A stretch of DNA of 33,221 nt from a virus (lineage: Duplodnaviria; Heunggongvirae; Uroviricota; Caudoviricetes): the IMG/VR virus record IMGVR_UViG_2636415418_000001, positions 1 to 33,221 of that record; one strand, written 5' to 3'. The notes beneath the pieces are model-generated. The model had not been told where the DNA came from. It saw nothing but the letters and a program-made list of their open reading frames with translations, and did not search any database. Shown piece by piece: positions 1 to 9,167 of this stretch. Made by a program: the position numbers and the translations under genes. Numbering within the stretch: the stretch's first letter is position 1; each line of letters opens with the position of its first letter.

Positions 1-37
1 ACTATTGCTGGGTAAGATCACACAATACGGCTGTCAC

Positions 38-370
38 TTAGACGTAAATATCAATGGTGCCAGCGGTATTTGTATCGTCTTTTTTCTCTTCTTTTTTATC
101 AGGATGAACTGTCGCGTCTTCATTCTTTTTCTCTGCCTGCTGCCTTAACAACTGCTCCAGTTGAGCCCTGAGGCTTTCAATTTGCTTCTGTACCAATGCA
201 GCCATTTCTTTTTTCTGCTGTGTCGTCATCCCCTCTTCCGATGAGATTTTCCCAAGCTTTTCAGTCAGCACCTGAATTTGTCTTGTGATTTTGGCTATTT
301 CTGATGTTCCTTCCGGGGCGGAGTTGTTTGAAATAACGGTTGAGGTATTTCCCTGAATTGTGACAGACAT
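38..370 (-). CDS. flxA: FlxA-like protein (FliA-regulated, function unknown)
   Basis: 110-aa ORF recognised from memory as FlxA family; AAGGAG RBS and a canonical sigma-28 promoter lie immediately upstream. Confidence 0.6.
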   Translation of the reverse strand: MSVTIQGNTSTVISNNSAPEGTSEIAKITRQIQVLTEKLGKISSEEGMTTQQKKEMAALVQKQIESLRAQLEQLLRQQAEKKNEDATVHPDKKEEKKDDTNTAGTIDIYV

Positions 371-393
371 AGATTTCTCCTTTTAAAAAAGCA

Positions 394-420
394 CTATCGG
401 CATGCACAAAAAAATCTTTA
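394..420 (-). promoter_or_regulatory. sigma-28 (FliA) class-3 flagellar promoter
   Basis: Minus strand reads TAAA-N15-GCCGATAG (consensus TAAA-N15-GCCGATAA), about 23 nt upstream of the flxA-like ATG. Confidence 0.55.
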
Positions 421-1096
421 ATCGTATTTCTTGTGTCATTAATTGTTTGATGTTCAGATTGTTTTCCTCGCGGGCTGGCGCGCCTCAGAAAGTAAAGCTT
501 GTTGACAGGGGTAAACGTTCGGCAATAATTTTCTGCCGCATGCGGGTGTTGCATAAAACGTGCTACGTTCCTTTATCGACAGGTCAGGTCACCGCTCACC
601 CGCCGACGAGAAAGCAACACTGACATGCTAAAGCAAAAAATAGATGAATAAGTTGAGTTGTGCATATGTAGCCTGACCGTCACAAAGTATATGGTGTCTG
701 TACCAGTAAGATGGTGGCCGGACTCTTTAAAAACGAGCTGACCTGCACAATACAGGATGGACTTAGCAATGGCTGCTCCTGGCACATAGCAGCCCTAGAG
801 ACAGTGGCGTAAAGTCATGGAGGGTCGGTGGCAGGAGATGCAAATCCTCTCATACAAAAATACGTAAAATCAATAACGGCTAGAAATCATTCAATACTCG
901 CACTATCTAACATTTACCAGCCAACCGCAGCACGTCTTGCATACGACCTGTCTGCGGTTTCAATCACCTCTCACCACCAGTCCCATCAATAATAATTAAA
1001 CAGCGCCTAAACAAAATAAATAACAACAAGTCAACAACCTCGACAGGATGCCGATGGGATGATGAAGAGATAAGAAAGAATAACTAGTAAAGCCCT

Positions 1097-1126
1097 AAAA
1101 CGTCAGCGTTCAGACGCGTTTTTTAC
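1097..1126 (+). terminator. weak candidate intrinsic terminator in AT-rich spacer
   Basis: Imperfect hairpin aacgtc..gacgcgtt followed by TTTTTT on the plus strand; stem has a bulge. Confidence 0.25.
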
Positions 1127-1165
1127 TTAACCGGTAACAAATACGTTGTATCATAGCAACATAAA

Positions 1166-3115
1166 ATGATTGTTCTAAATCAGATTAACTCCTCACTTTT
1201 GTACAATGTCGCTTACAGGTATACCATGAAATCCGAGACGCTAACTGTCCAACAACTTTTTCAAGACCGCCGACAATACTGCGTTCCATTCTATCAACGT
1301 GCCTATGTATGGACTCAGCGAAACCAATGGTCAGCTCTACTGGAGGATATCCTAGAGAAAGCACAATCCCGGCTCTCGGGTACAAAACCAACTCCCCATT
1401 TCCTTGGTGCAGTGGTACTGGAACCTCAACCAAAAAAAGGATTATTAGGTGTAGATTCCATACATATTATTGATGGTCAGCAACGATTGACCACTCTTCA
1501 ATATGTTCTGGCATCCATCCGATTAGCATTACGTGCGACAGATCTTTCCAACTTAGGGCCTCTCATTTCGTCTTGCCTGAAAAACTCAAACGAAGACACA
1601 ATGCGAAATAAAGAAGTAGAGCGCTTCAAACTGTGGCCAACTTTTCGGGATCAAACTCATTTTATTCAAAGTTTTAATGTTGAAAATATTGACGATATCC
1701 GGAATGTATTCTCTGATAGTTTCACGCAGCATGGTACGTTGCGTAAGCATTTTAATCACCCGCCATCACTAGAAGCATTATGTTTTTTTACTGAAGCCTT
1801 TATAAAGTGGATTAAAATAGAAAATCACTCACCACGAGAAAATGCTGTAGCATTAATTGAGGCTGTCTTGACGGATCTGAAACTAGTAAGCATATTTCTC
1901 GAGGCTGAAGATGACGCTCAAATAATTTTTGAAACATTAAATGGCAGAGGTGCGGAACTTCATGCCACAGATCTTATTCGCAATTATATTTTTATGTGCG
2001 CTGAACATGAAAATATTAATGCTGTTGAATTATATGAGAATGAGTGGAAGATCTTTGAAGATACGTACTGGTCAGAAAGACAACGTCGTGGTCGTATTAA
2101 TAAACCACGCATGGAGTGGCTAGTGCATGCGACATTGCAATCAGAAAGGCAACGTGAAATCGATCTGTCTCGTCTTTACAATGAGTATCGTGATTATGTA
2201 AGTAAGGACTTGCCTTCACAACGAGCAGATCTGCAAGTAAAGCGCCTCAAACAATATGCATCACAATATAAAGAATTGGTTGGTGGTTTTGGCACAACCC
2301 CCATCTCACACTTTGGACATCGCATCGCAGCCTATGATGTGACGACACTTTATCCGCTTGCTTTGTTCATTTCGATAGCTAACATCGCCGATGATGAGAA
2401 AGCAGCCATGTATAATGATCTTGTCTCCTACGTAGTACGAAGAGCCGTATGTGGCCTGACGCCAAAGAATTACAACAATGTATTTATGAATGTATTGCGG
2501 CACTTGTCTAAAACGGAAATTTCCAGTGTTGAGTTACGTAATATCCTCAATAGCTTAAATGGCGAAGCCTCACGTTGGCCTGGGGACTCAGAATTTCTCA
2601 ACGCTTGCATCAATGCTCCACTTTATCCTGGCAGGCTCGACGCACCGAAAATGCGCTCAATGTTAACGGAACTTGAAAGAGAACTTTGTCGCCAAGTGAA
2701 GACAGAGAAGCCTGATGTTCCAAATCTTTCTAACCTCGATATCGATCATCTTATGCCTCAAAGTTGGTATTCCTGTTGGCCTCTCGAAAATGGTCATATG
2801 GTGACAAATTCAGATGCTACGGTATTGAACCAAATTGTTCTGTCTGGAACCGATCTTACCCCTGAACAGCTACTGGTAAGGAAACGGCAACAAGCGATAG
2901 CTACGTTGGGAAATCTAACTTTGCTTAACCTTAGCGTAAACCGTTCTGTTCAGAATGCTGTATTTCTGAAAAAACGTGATGCTCTCATCGTCCACACCAA
3001 TCTACGACTGAACATTCCACTTATAGTTAAGGATAAATGGGATGAGGATGAAATCCTGGAGCGGGGTAAAAAGTTGGGGGAAATTGCATTGAAAGTATGG
3101 CCAAAACACGATTAA
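1166..3115 (+). CDS. DUF262 (ParB-like, DGQQR motif) plus DUF1524 (His-Me/HNH-like) fusion protein; GmrSD-like putative type IV restriction/defence nuclease
   Basis: 649-aa ORF; N-terminal YQRAYVW and IDGQQRLTTL motifs, C-terminal DIDHLMP motif; AT-rich relative to the adjacent tail genes; the ATG at 1226 (MKSETL) is an alternative start. Confidence 0.8.
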   Translation: MIVLNQINSSLLYNVAYRYTMKSETLTVQQLFQDRRQYCVPFYQRAYVWTQRNQWSALLEDILEKAQSRLSGTKPTPHFLGAVVLEPQPKKGLLGVDSIHIIDGQQRLTTLQYVLASIRLALRATDLSNLGPLISSCLKNSNEDTMRNKEVERFKLWPTFRDQTHFIQSFNVENIDDIRNVFSDSFTQHGTLRKHFNHPPSLEALCFFTEAFIKWIKIENHSPRENAVALIEAVLTDLKLVSIFLEAEDDAQIIFETLNGRGAELHATDLIRNYIFMCAEHENINAVELYENEWKIFEDTYWSERQRRGRINKPRMEWLVHATLQSERQREIDLSRLYNEYRDYVSKDLPSQRADLQVKRLKQYASQYKELVGGFGTTPISHFGHRIAAYDVTTLYPLALFISIANIADDEKAAMYNDLVSYVVRRAVCGLTPKNYNNVFMNVLRHLSKTEISSVELRNILNSLNGEASRWPGDSEFLNACINAPLYPGRLDAPKMRSMLTELERELCRQVKTEKPDVPNLSNLDIDHLMPQSWYSCWPLENGHMVTNSDATVLNQIVLSGTDLTPEQLLVRKRQQAIATLGNLTLLNLSVNRSVQNAVFLKKRDALIVHTNLRLNIPLIVKDKWDEDEILERGKKLGEIALKVWPKHD

Positions 3116-3135
3116 TGCAATTAATAAAATGATTA

Positions 3136-3163
3136 TAGCGGCTTTACATTAGTAAGGCCGCTA
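3136..3163. terminator. candidate bidirectional hairpin terminator between convergent genes
   Basis: 7-bp stem TAGCGGC/GCCGCTA with a 14-nt loop, between the DUF262 gene stop (3115) and the pin fragment stop (3211). Confidence 0.3.
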
Positions 3164-3210
3164 CTCACTATTAAATCCTTTAATTTGCAACAAGAACAGC
3201 AGTGTCAGCC

Positions 3211-3339
3211 CTAGGTTTCGGACTTTGTACCGCTTATCTTGTCTTCAAAAATCAGCTCGCATCCTGCACAGCTCAACGCATTACGTTGTAGATCGGTGTT
3301 CTGGTCATTTGTTGATACGCGTACATAGCCAATAAGCAT
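3211..3339 (-). pseudogene. pin: truncated serine DNA invertase (Pin/Gin/Hin/Cin family), N-terminal 42 codons only
   Basis: Minus-strand translation MLIGYVRVSTNDQNTDLQRNALSCAGCELIFEDKISGTKSET-stop matches the invertase N-terminus including the catalytic-serine motif; good RBS GGGGGAG; homology ends at the stop and unrelated AT-rich DNA follows. Confidence 0.8.
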
Positions 3340-3365
3340 GGTAGCTCCCCCTGACAAAAGCAGGA

Positions 3366-3740
3366 ATGATGCCATTTGCTCGTTATTTCTGCATCTTCAT
3401 AAACGTTGGTTTGGGAGAAGCGGCAAAACGGAATGTGGGAACTGGGGAAAATCAGATACCTGATATGTCATCATATGCATCAGGTTCAGGCTGGCGAAAA
3501 ATGCCAGATGGTTCAATTGAACAGTGGGGACGAATTAGTTTTCCTAGTGAACACGGGCCTGTATCCGCCAATGTTTCATTCCCGATTCCATTTACACAGA
3601 CACCGGGCATTGTAATTGTGTGCGATGGTGGTTTCGGGGGTGGGAATATGTGGGGGGCGACCAACTGGAGCACTACCGGCTTCATAGCTCACTGCAATTA
3701 TGGTCTTGAAGGTGGTGCGTTTTTCGCTAAGGGCTGGTAA
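3366..3740 (+). CDS. alternative tail-fiber C-terminal cassette (S'v-like); silent in this orientation
   Basis: ORF reads through crossover site A in the same frame and with the same NxGLG(D/E) junction as the expressed fiber at site B; Gly-rich C-terminus; Tfa gene directly downstream. Confidence 0.5.
   Translation: MMPFARYFCIFINVGLGEAAKRNVGTGENQIPDMSSYASGSGWRKMPDGSIEQWGRISFPSEHGPVSANVSFPIPFTQTPGIVIVCDGGFGGGNMWGATNWSTTGFIAHCNYGLEGGAFFAKGW
3394..3419. repeat. 26-bp invertase crossover site (gix/hix/pix-like), pin-proximal
   Basis: TCTTCATAAACG-TT-GGTTTGGGAGAA; inverted copy of the site at 5189-5214 (13-nt perfect core TCTCCCAAACCAA); lies in frame in the alternative fiber cassette. Confidence 0.65.
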
Positions 3741-4183
3741 TGATGAAATATCTGTACGTAAACAACCTGGCATATCCTTACGAACTTAAGTCTCTTTATG
3801 TTGAAAAAGGTGAGTGGCCTGAAGAAAAAGGTGTTGATATAGACGAAGTAATTTTCAGGGAATATTTCTATGATACACCACCAGAAGGAAAATACAGATG
3901 TGTCGGAGAAGATGGACTGCCTGCATGGGTAGATATTCCTCCACCAACACGTGAAGAACAAATTGCATCAGCCGAAACTAAAAAGCAGCAATTGATTAAT
4001 CAGGCCAACGAATACATCAACAGTAAACAATGGCCAGGTAAAGCATCAATTGGTCGTCTGAAAGGTGAGGAACTGGTGCAATATAATTTGTGGCTGGATT
4101 ATCTGGACGCACTGGAACTGGTTGATACCTCCAGTGCTCCAGATATTGAATGGCCTACGCCTCCGGCAGTTCAGGCCAGATGA
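3740..4183 (+). CDS. tail fiber assembly protein (Tfa/U'-like) for the alternative cassette
   Basis: 147-aa ORF with a Tfa-family C-terminus (…TSSAPDIEWPTPP), converging on the minus-strand Tfa. Confidence 0.65.
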   Translation: MMKYLYVNNLAYPYELKSLYVEKGEWPEEKGVDIDEVIFREYFYDTPPEGKYRCVGEDGLPAWVDIPPPTREEQIASAETKKQQLINQANEYINSKQWPGKASIGRLKGEELVQYNLWLDYLDALELVDTSSAPDIEWPTPPAVQAR

Positions 4184-4565
4184 CATCCGGCGCAGTGCTG
4201 GTATCTGTTGCCGTCACCGCGTCAATGTAATCCAGCACGGCGTTAAGTCGGGTGGTTTCTGCCTGCGTCAGCTTCCGCCCGGCCTGCAGCTTTAACTGAA
4301 TCACGCTGATATTGACCATTGCTGCGTCTATCAACGACTGTTTTTTCTGTTCAGCGTCAGCTACCAGTTCATCATGAGAACGTTCCGGAGGGAGCGGCGC
4401 AGTAAATACCCCGTCTGAATACGCCCAGCCGATTCCGGGCTGCTCACTGATATCAGAAATATTAATGAGCTGCAGATTATCCGGCACAGTGAATTCATCC
4501 TCGCCATCCCAGACAATGACATTCACAACCATCCCATTTTCAATAACTGCATATGACGCATTCAT
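4155..4565 (-). CDS. tail fiber assembly protein (Tfa/U-like)
   Basis: Start taken at MNASYAV, where the ATG overlaps the fiber TAA; Tfa-family C-terminus (…TSTAPDVIWPELP). Confidence 0.7.
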   Translation of the reverse strand: MNASYAVIENGMVVNVIVWDGEDEFTVPDNLQLINISDISEQPGIGWAYSDGVFTAPLPPERSHDELVADAEQKKQSLIDAAMVNISVIQLKLQAGRKLTQAETTRLNAVLDYIDAVTATDTSTAPDVIWPELPEA

Positions 4566-5491
4566 TATGCAAACTCCTCGATAATACAAACCCCATCAGC
4601 ACCTTTCCCGCCCGTCATACTGGTTCCGCTATAACCTGCATCGTATGCACCACCTCCGCCTGAACCAAATGCCCTGCCTCTAACGCCACCGCCAGCGCCT
4701 GCACGTCCACCGCCTCCCCAGTACGATGCACCGCCTTCACCGCTGACGCTGATATTCCCGGACTGACCGTCGCCTCCATCTCCACCAGTGATGCGGATAT
4801 CGCCAATATTCGGTACGCCTCCGTTACCGCCGTTTGTGTTTGTGACTCCTACTTTTCCGCCGCCTTCACCACCAGGGGCTATTACCGATCCGAACGAGCT
4901 ATCACCGCCCTTGAGGCCGTTCGTCGCACCAACGCCGCCGGCCCCACCTGCGCCGATAGTGACAGGATAACTATTCTGTGTCGGGGTCAGTATGGTGATT
5001 ACTGTCCCTCCGGCCCCACCGCCAGCACCGAAAAACGTTTCGTTACTGGATATAGCCTGGCAGCCACCCCCTCCGCCACCGCCGCCCGTTATTGTGACCC
5101 TGATCCGTTTTGTTTCTGGTGATGGGGTATACGTACCTGATGACGCGAAAGCCCGGGTACTCAGCCGGCGTCCCACGTATCCGCTTGTATCTCCCAAACC
5201 AAGGTTTTGAAGAGCCGTTTTCACCGTGCCGTCCGATTTGATATCGCCAAACGGATTTTTGCGACTTAACAGCAGCGCACGAAGCGCGGTAAGCAGCTGG
5301 TCATGCCGCCCCTTCTCCAGGCTGGCACCGGATGCCTCCACCACGCTGCAGAGCTCCTCCTGCAACATGTCAAAGTAGTCATCATCCAGATCGGTGGCAG
5401 GCGTGCCGGTCTGGGGGTTACCACGGGTAAAACCGTTCTTACCCGCGCCGAACTTATCCTTCTGCGCGGTTTTCGTGTCTATACGATGCAT
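4565..5491 (-). CDS. tail fiber protein (Mu S-like), Gly-rich variable C-terminus
   Basis: 308-aa ORF; constant N-terminal ~92 aa, then crossover site B in frame, then Gly-rich repeats. Confidence 0.8.
   Translation of the reverse strand: MHRIDTKTAQKDKFGAGKNGFTRGNPQTGTPATDLDDDYFDMLQEELCSVVEASGASLEKGRHDQLLTALRALLLSRKNPFGDIKSDGTVKTALQNLGLGDTSGYVGRRLSTRAFASSGTYTPSPETKRIRVTITGGGGGGGGCQAISSNETFFGAGGGAGGTVITILTPTQNSYPVTIGAGGAGGVGATNGLKGGDSSFGSVIAPGGEGGGKVGVTNTNGGNGGVPNIGDIRITGGDGGDGQSGNISVSGEGGASYWGGGGRAGAGGGVRGRAFGSGGGGAYDAGYSGTSMTGGKGADGVCIIEEFA
5189..5214. repeat. 26-bp invertase crossover site, fiber-proximal
   Basis: ATCTCCCAAACC-AA-GGTTTTGAAGAG, inside the fiber gene where it encodes ALQNLGLGD; inverted partner of 3394-3419. 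Confidence 0.65.
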
Positions 5492-5494
5492 GGA

Positions 5495-6079
5495 TTACTC
5501 CGGATATTTAAAAATTACGTAGGTATGCGACGGGCAGAGTTTGTTAAGCACGCACTCGATAACGGTGTCCCCCCAGATACGCAGTGCGGAATCGCAGGGA
5601 TCGCCACATGTCATCCAGGTGGTGTTGGTGGCAGCTGGCATATTGACCTGCCAGTAATACCGCCATTCCGGCGCATTCACCGCGTCAGTACAGGCCGATG
5701 AGCAGGTGAACGTGCTTTTGTCGTATCGCGTGATGGTGGCATCTGGTCTGCCCAGGGCAGCAAGCTGCGCAAGGTAAAAATCCTCATTGATGCCACCCGC
5801 CAGGTTAACCTTCGCATCCAGCCGTTGCTGACGCTGGCGAAGGGTCTGCGTCCCTGCCGGAATACATTCATCCGGCAGGCCGCACAGACGCTCCCAGCGG
5901 TTTATCAGTTCGGTGGTGGTGCGCGGATCCAGCTCCCGCATCAGGGCATCCGCACGCTGATGAGCACGGGTTAATGACGGTGCCGCACCGGCAATCGCCG
6001 GATCGCTGGCTGACCACGCCGGACCGGGGGGCAACAGTGCCGACAACAGACGGATGTAATCATCGTTTGTCACGTCCAT
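5495..6079 (-). CDS. tail protein, Mu gp48-like (DUF2313/YmfQ family)
   Basis: 194-aa ORF in the Mu gp48 position between baseplate J and the fiber gene. Confidence 0.65.
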   Translation of the reverse strand: MDVTNDDYIRLLSALLPPGPAWSASDPAIAGAAPSLTRAHQRADALMRELDPRTTTELINRWERLCGLPDECIPAGTQTLRQRQQRLDAKVNLAGGINEDFYLAQLAALGRPDATITRYDKSTFTCSSACTDAVNAPEWRYYWQVNMPAATNTTWMTCGDPCDSALRIWGDTVIECVLNKLCPSHTYVIFKYPE

Positions 6080-7128
6080 GAAATCGTCCCCAGTACCGCC
6101 AGTTCATTTTTTGCAATGGAGATATTGTCTGCCGGTGCAAGCAACTGATGGCTGTATTCCCCGTTCGCACCGGAAATCGCCTCACTGATACGCGATACCT
6201 TCAGTTCTCCCTGCGGATAACCATCACGCAGAAGAAACGAACGCAACTCCGCGGTGATGGCGGCTCGTATTTCTGGTGTGTCCGGCGTCACGCGGATATG
6301 AAAATCCACTTTGTGCGCCACCGGCCTGAATACATACAAATCAGAGCCTGCCACCGGGGCCAGTGGCACGATATGTTGTCTTGCTGCCGTTTCCGTTGAT
6401 TCTTCCGGAATGGGATTAATCAGGTCACTGCTGGCAATCATCACACCGACAGTTCCCGTTCCCATCCAGTGACGGTATGTCCATGCGCGGGTAATGCCGG
6501 GCACTTCTTTAGCCCAGACGACATAGTCCCCGTCAGCCCCGCCCTGAGGCGTCCAGTAATACCGCTCAATGACGCGGGCGCGCCACGTTTCCAGCTCTTC
6601 AGTATCAAATCCGCCTGTAAGGGTGTCAGCCACACCGGAAGACGGCAGACCATTCACCGGCGTGACCAGGATTAATGCCGTACCGTCGTCAGCGTTACCG
6701 ACCGCACCTGCACTTGAGCAGGCGATCGGCACGCGCAGGACACCACCGGAGCTGGTTGCATCGGCAGTTGCCGTGTACTGAACCAGGTCATCGCGCTGAA
6801 TAACACTCCCGGCGGTCACCTTCAGGCCATCGCTGACACCTTCCCAGCGCATATACCCGCTGGCAGCCGTGGCCCCCTTGCGCGGACACCGTTTCATCGC
6901 AGCATGTCGCGCCAGCCAGGACTCATCGCACAGGTCAGGCAGCATGTTCATTGCCAGATAATCGATGTAACCGTAAACCGTATGCAGCGCCGCCGCATAC
7001 ACCTTTGCCCGCACGTCTTCATCCATGCGCCGGAGCGTGTCGCTGACGTCCAGCCTGGTGAATAAATCGTTACGGAGCATACTGATATTTTCTGCCAGCG
7101 TCGGGCGCTGAAATTCACTGTCCGCCAT
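6070..7128 (-). CDS. baseplate J-like protein (Mu gp47-like)
   Basis: 352-aa ORF in conserved Mu baseplate gene order; overlaps both neighbours as in an operon. Confidence 0.7.
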   Translation of the reverse strand: MADSEFQRPTLAENISMLRNDLFTRLDVSDTLRRMDEDVRAKVYAAALHTVYGYIDYLAMNMLPDLCDESWLARHAAMKRCPRKGATAASGYMRWEGVSDGLKVTAGSVIQRDDLVQYTATADATSSGGVLRVPIACSSAGAVGNADDGTALILVTPVNGLPSSGVADTLTGGFDTEELETWRARVIERYYWTPQGGADGDYVVWAKEVPGITRAWTYRHWMGTGTVGVMIASSDLINPIPEESTETAARQHIVPLAPVAGSDLYVFRPVAHKVDFHIRVTPDTPEIRAAITAELRSFLLRDGYPQGELKVSRISEAISGANGEYSHQLLAPADNISIAKNELAVLGTISWT

Positions 7129-7543
7129 GCGTTATCGCACTCCACAGATCATCAAAAGAAATCATTACCGGTCCGTCACGACGCCAGAGAGTGATACTGT
7201 TACCCAGTTCATTAATCCCGGTGCGGCGGATATCCAGATCAATACGGGACACCACGCCGTCATCAATCATCCATTGCAGGCATTCGCGGATATACCCCCT
7301 TACCGTCTGCACCAGCTGATTGGTCAGTTTGCTGCGCTGAAGCAGCCACAGTCGGGAGCCGTAACGGTCATTCTGTACCGCAGGCCAGGTATCCCCCCAC
7401 CATCCCATCGGGACGTCGGCGTTGTCATCAGGCTCCGCCCGCCGCCAGGTAAACAGGGAAATCACCACGGCGCGGGTCAGCGGATCCAGTTCTGCGCTGG
7501 CGCAGGTGCGTTTACCGTTCACCGTCAGCCACAGTTCCATCAT
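7115..7543 (-). CDS. baseplate protein, Mu gp46-like (GPW/gp25-like)
   Basis: 142-aa ORF between the spike and J genes. Confidence 0.6.
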   Translation of the reverse strand: MMELWLTVNGKRTCASAELDPLTRAVVISLFTWRRAEPDDNADVPMGWWGDTWPAVQNDRYGSRLWLLQRSKLTNQLVQTVRGYIRECLQWMIDDGVVSRIDLDIRRTGINELGNSITLWRRDGPVMISFDDLWSAITHGGQ

Positions 7544-8088
7544 GCCTCCATCGCTTTATCAGGTTTGTCGGTGTTACTGCCCTGACCGTTCTCTCTGTGA
7601 CGATGCCCGTTATAGGCAAGCCGCATCGCTGACATGGTGGTACCGCCGGAGTCGCACAGGTCTTTCACCTGTCCGGTCACTTCCAGGTCCATTTCAAAAC
7701 GTGCTCTGGGCGCATTGCGAAACGTGATCGTTTTACCTGCACCGTCCACCACGATCCCCTCCCGGGTCAGCGTCACAGACTGCCCCTGATCGTCATAGAC
7801 AGCCACCTCACCCGTCTGCAGCCCTTTCAGGCGGTAGCGCCGGTCCGACACCGTAACAACCACCGCATGAGAACGGTCGCCATCCGGAAACAACACCACC
7901 GCTTCCGCACCGCTGTTTGCCCTTGCGGTAAAACCGTAGGGTTCAAGATGTTCAACCCCGGCTTTGGGTTCACCGGCAATCAGGGACACATCCACGGTCT
8001 GACATTTCGTGGCGGCACTGATGCTTTTCACCACTGCCCGCCCAATCAGGCCGAGAAGTTGTCGCTGCATGGCTTCAATCGTCCTCAT
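7540..8088 (-). CDS. baseplate assembly protein V / spike (Mu gp45-like)
   Basis: 182-aa ORF; position and size fit a gpV-type spike. Confidence 0.65.
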   Translation of the reverse strand: MRTIEAMQRQLLGLIGRAVVKSISAATKCQTVDVSLIAGEPKAGVEHLEPYGFTARANSGAEAVVLFPDGDRSHAVVVTVSDRRYRLKGLQTGEVAVYDDQGQSVTLTREGIVVDGAGKTITFRNAPRARFEMDLEVTGQVKDLCDSGGTTMSAMRLAYNGHRHRENGQGSNTDKPDKAMEA

Positions 8089-9167
8089 CAGAACGGGTCC
8101 TCCTGTACTCTGGCTTTTTTCTTTTTCCGCGCACCGGGATCTTCGGGTTCAGGCAGATAAGCATCAGGTGGGCCGACACGGATTTCCGTCAGGGTGCCGT
8201 TCTGGTCCTGAGTAAACGTGACTTCCGAAACAAGCAGTTCGGTATTGTCGAAACCACAGACCGGATCAAAGACAATCACCCGCTGGTTGGGCTGCCACAG
8301 CGTACCGTTACCCTGTCGCCAGCCCTGCACCACATAGGTGGTTTCATCCGTCCGCGCCGCCCGTTGTCGGGCTTCAAAGTCCGCACGGGCAATACAGCCT
8401 GCCCCCGTAGCCTGCCCTGTCTGCCTGATATACATCGGACGGTAACGGGCAATAAATGCGTCCTCTGTGCGGGCCCGCAGCGCGGTGGTGGTGGCCTCAC
8501 CGAAATCATCGTCGTTTCCGGCACGCTGCCCCGCCACCTGGTAAACAGAAAATCGCTCCCGGATACTCTTCTCCGTATCGCAGGAAAGGATGTTTTCCCC
8601 GAGTACCAGCGCAGTATGTGCCCGCGTTGAGCCAATACCGCCAATCACCAGCCTGCCGTGCGGGTCGTCGTAAGCCAGTGCCTGCTGCTGACCGAGTATT
8701 TTGTTGATTACCTCAATCACCGTTTCACCGTGATCAGGCTGAACATCAGGAATAACACCCGACGGCGCACCGCTGTTCACCACCTCAATGCCGAAAGGCG
8801 CAGCAAGCGCCTGCGCAATCTGCACCAGCGAGCGTCCGTTAAACTGTGTCGGTTCGGCTGCACAGTCAATCAGGTCAGCCGTCAGACTACGTCCGGCAAT
8901 ACCGGTGCTGACCGAACGGGCATCGTAACGAACGGGAGTCGCCTCCACCCAGCCGGTGATCACCAGCTCATCACCAATCAGCACTTCCACTTTTGAACCG
9001 TTTTTAATGCGCGGCTGAAGCGTGGTGATACCCTCATCTCCCGGCCACTGGCGAGTGATCTCCACACTGAAATCCCGCGCCAGCCGTTCAATACCGGCAC
9101 CGATGCGCACCGATGTCCAGCCATTCCACTCCCGGCCATTTACCCGTAGCGTGACATTGTCGTTCAT
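8088..9167 (-). CDS. baseplate hub protein (Mu P/gp44-like, P2 gpD-like)
   Basis: 359-aa ORF following the N-like gene, as in Mu. Confidence 0.65.
   Translation of the reverse strand: MNDNVTLRVNGREWNGWTSVRIGAGIERLARDFSVEITRQWPGDEGITTLQPRIKNGSKVEVLIGDELVITGWVEATPVRYDARSVSTGIAGRSLTADLIDCAAEPTQFNGRSLVQIAQALAAPFGIEVVNSGAPSGVIPDVQPDHGETVIEVINKILGQQQALAYDDPHGRLVIGGIGSTRAHTALVLGENILSCDTEKSIRERFSVYQVAGQRAGNDDDFGEATTTALRARTEDAFIARYRPMYIRQTGQATGAGCIARADFEARQRAARTDETTYVVQGWRQGNGTLWQPNQRVIVFDPVCGFDNTELLVSEVTFTQDQNGTLTEIRVGPPDAYLPEPEDPGARKKKKARVQEDPF

Larger units (their letters stand above)
3394..5214. other. invertible tail-fiber host-range segment (G/P-segment-like, about 1.8 kb)
   Basis: Bounded by inverted crossover sites; holds two divergent fiber C-terminal cassettes with convergent Tfa genes; truncated invertase gene adjacent; Mu S-U-U'-S'-gin layout. 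Confidence 0.6.

Noticed and set aside
261-785. ORFs 261..554 (-), 402..623 (+) and 573..785 (-) around the flxA promoter
   Set aside because: They overlap the flxA coding region or its promoter, have no RBS, and no recognisable protein features.
4600-5100. Gly-rich repetitive DNA in the tail fiber gene as a possible tandem repeat or contingency locus
   Set aside because: The Gly codons are mixed (GGC/GGT/GGA/GGG) with no long homopolymer or exact tandem unit; this is a coding low-complexity region typical of fiber proteins.
7127-7585. Plus-strand ORF (152 aa) and many similar antisense ORFs across 4600-22500 (e.g. 9315..9812, 14838..15428, 15518..16015, 19073..19909, 21642..22082)
   Set aside because: Each lies antisense to, and fully inside, a well-supported minus-strand structural gene in high-GC DNA; they have no RBS and low-complexity Arg/Pro-rich translations typical of spurious ORFs.
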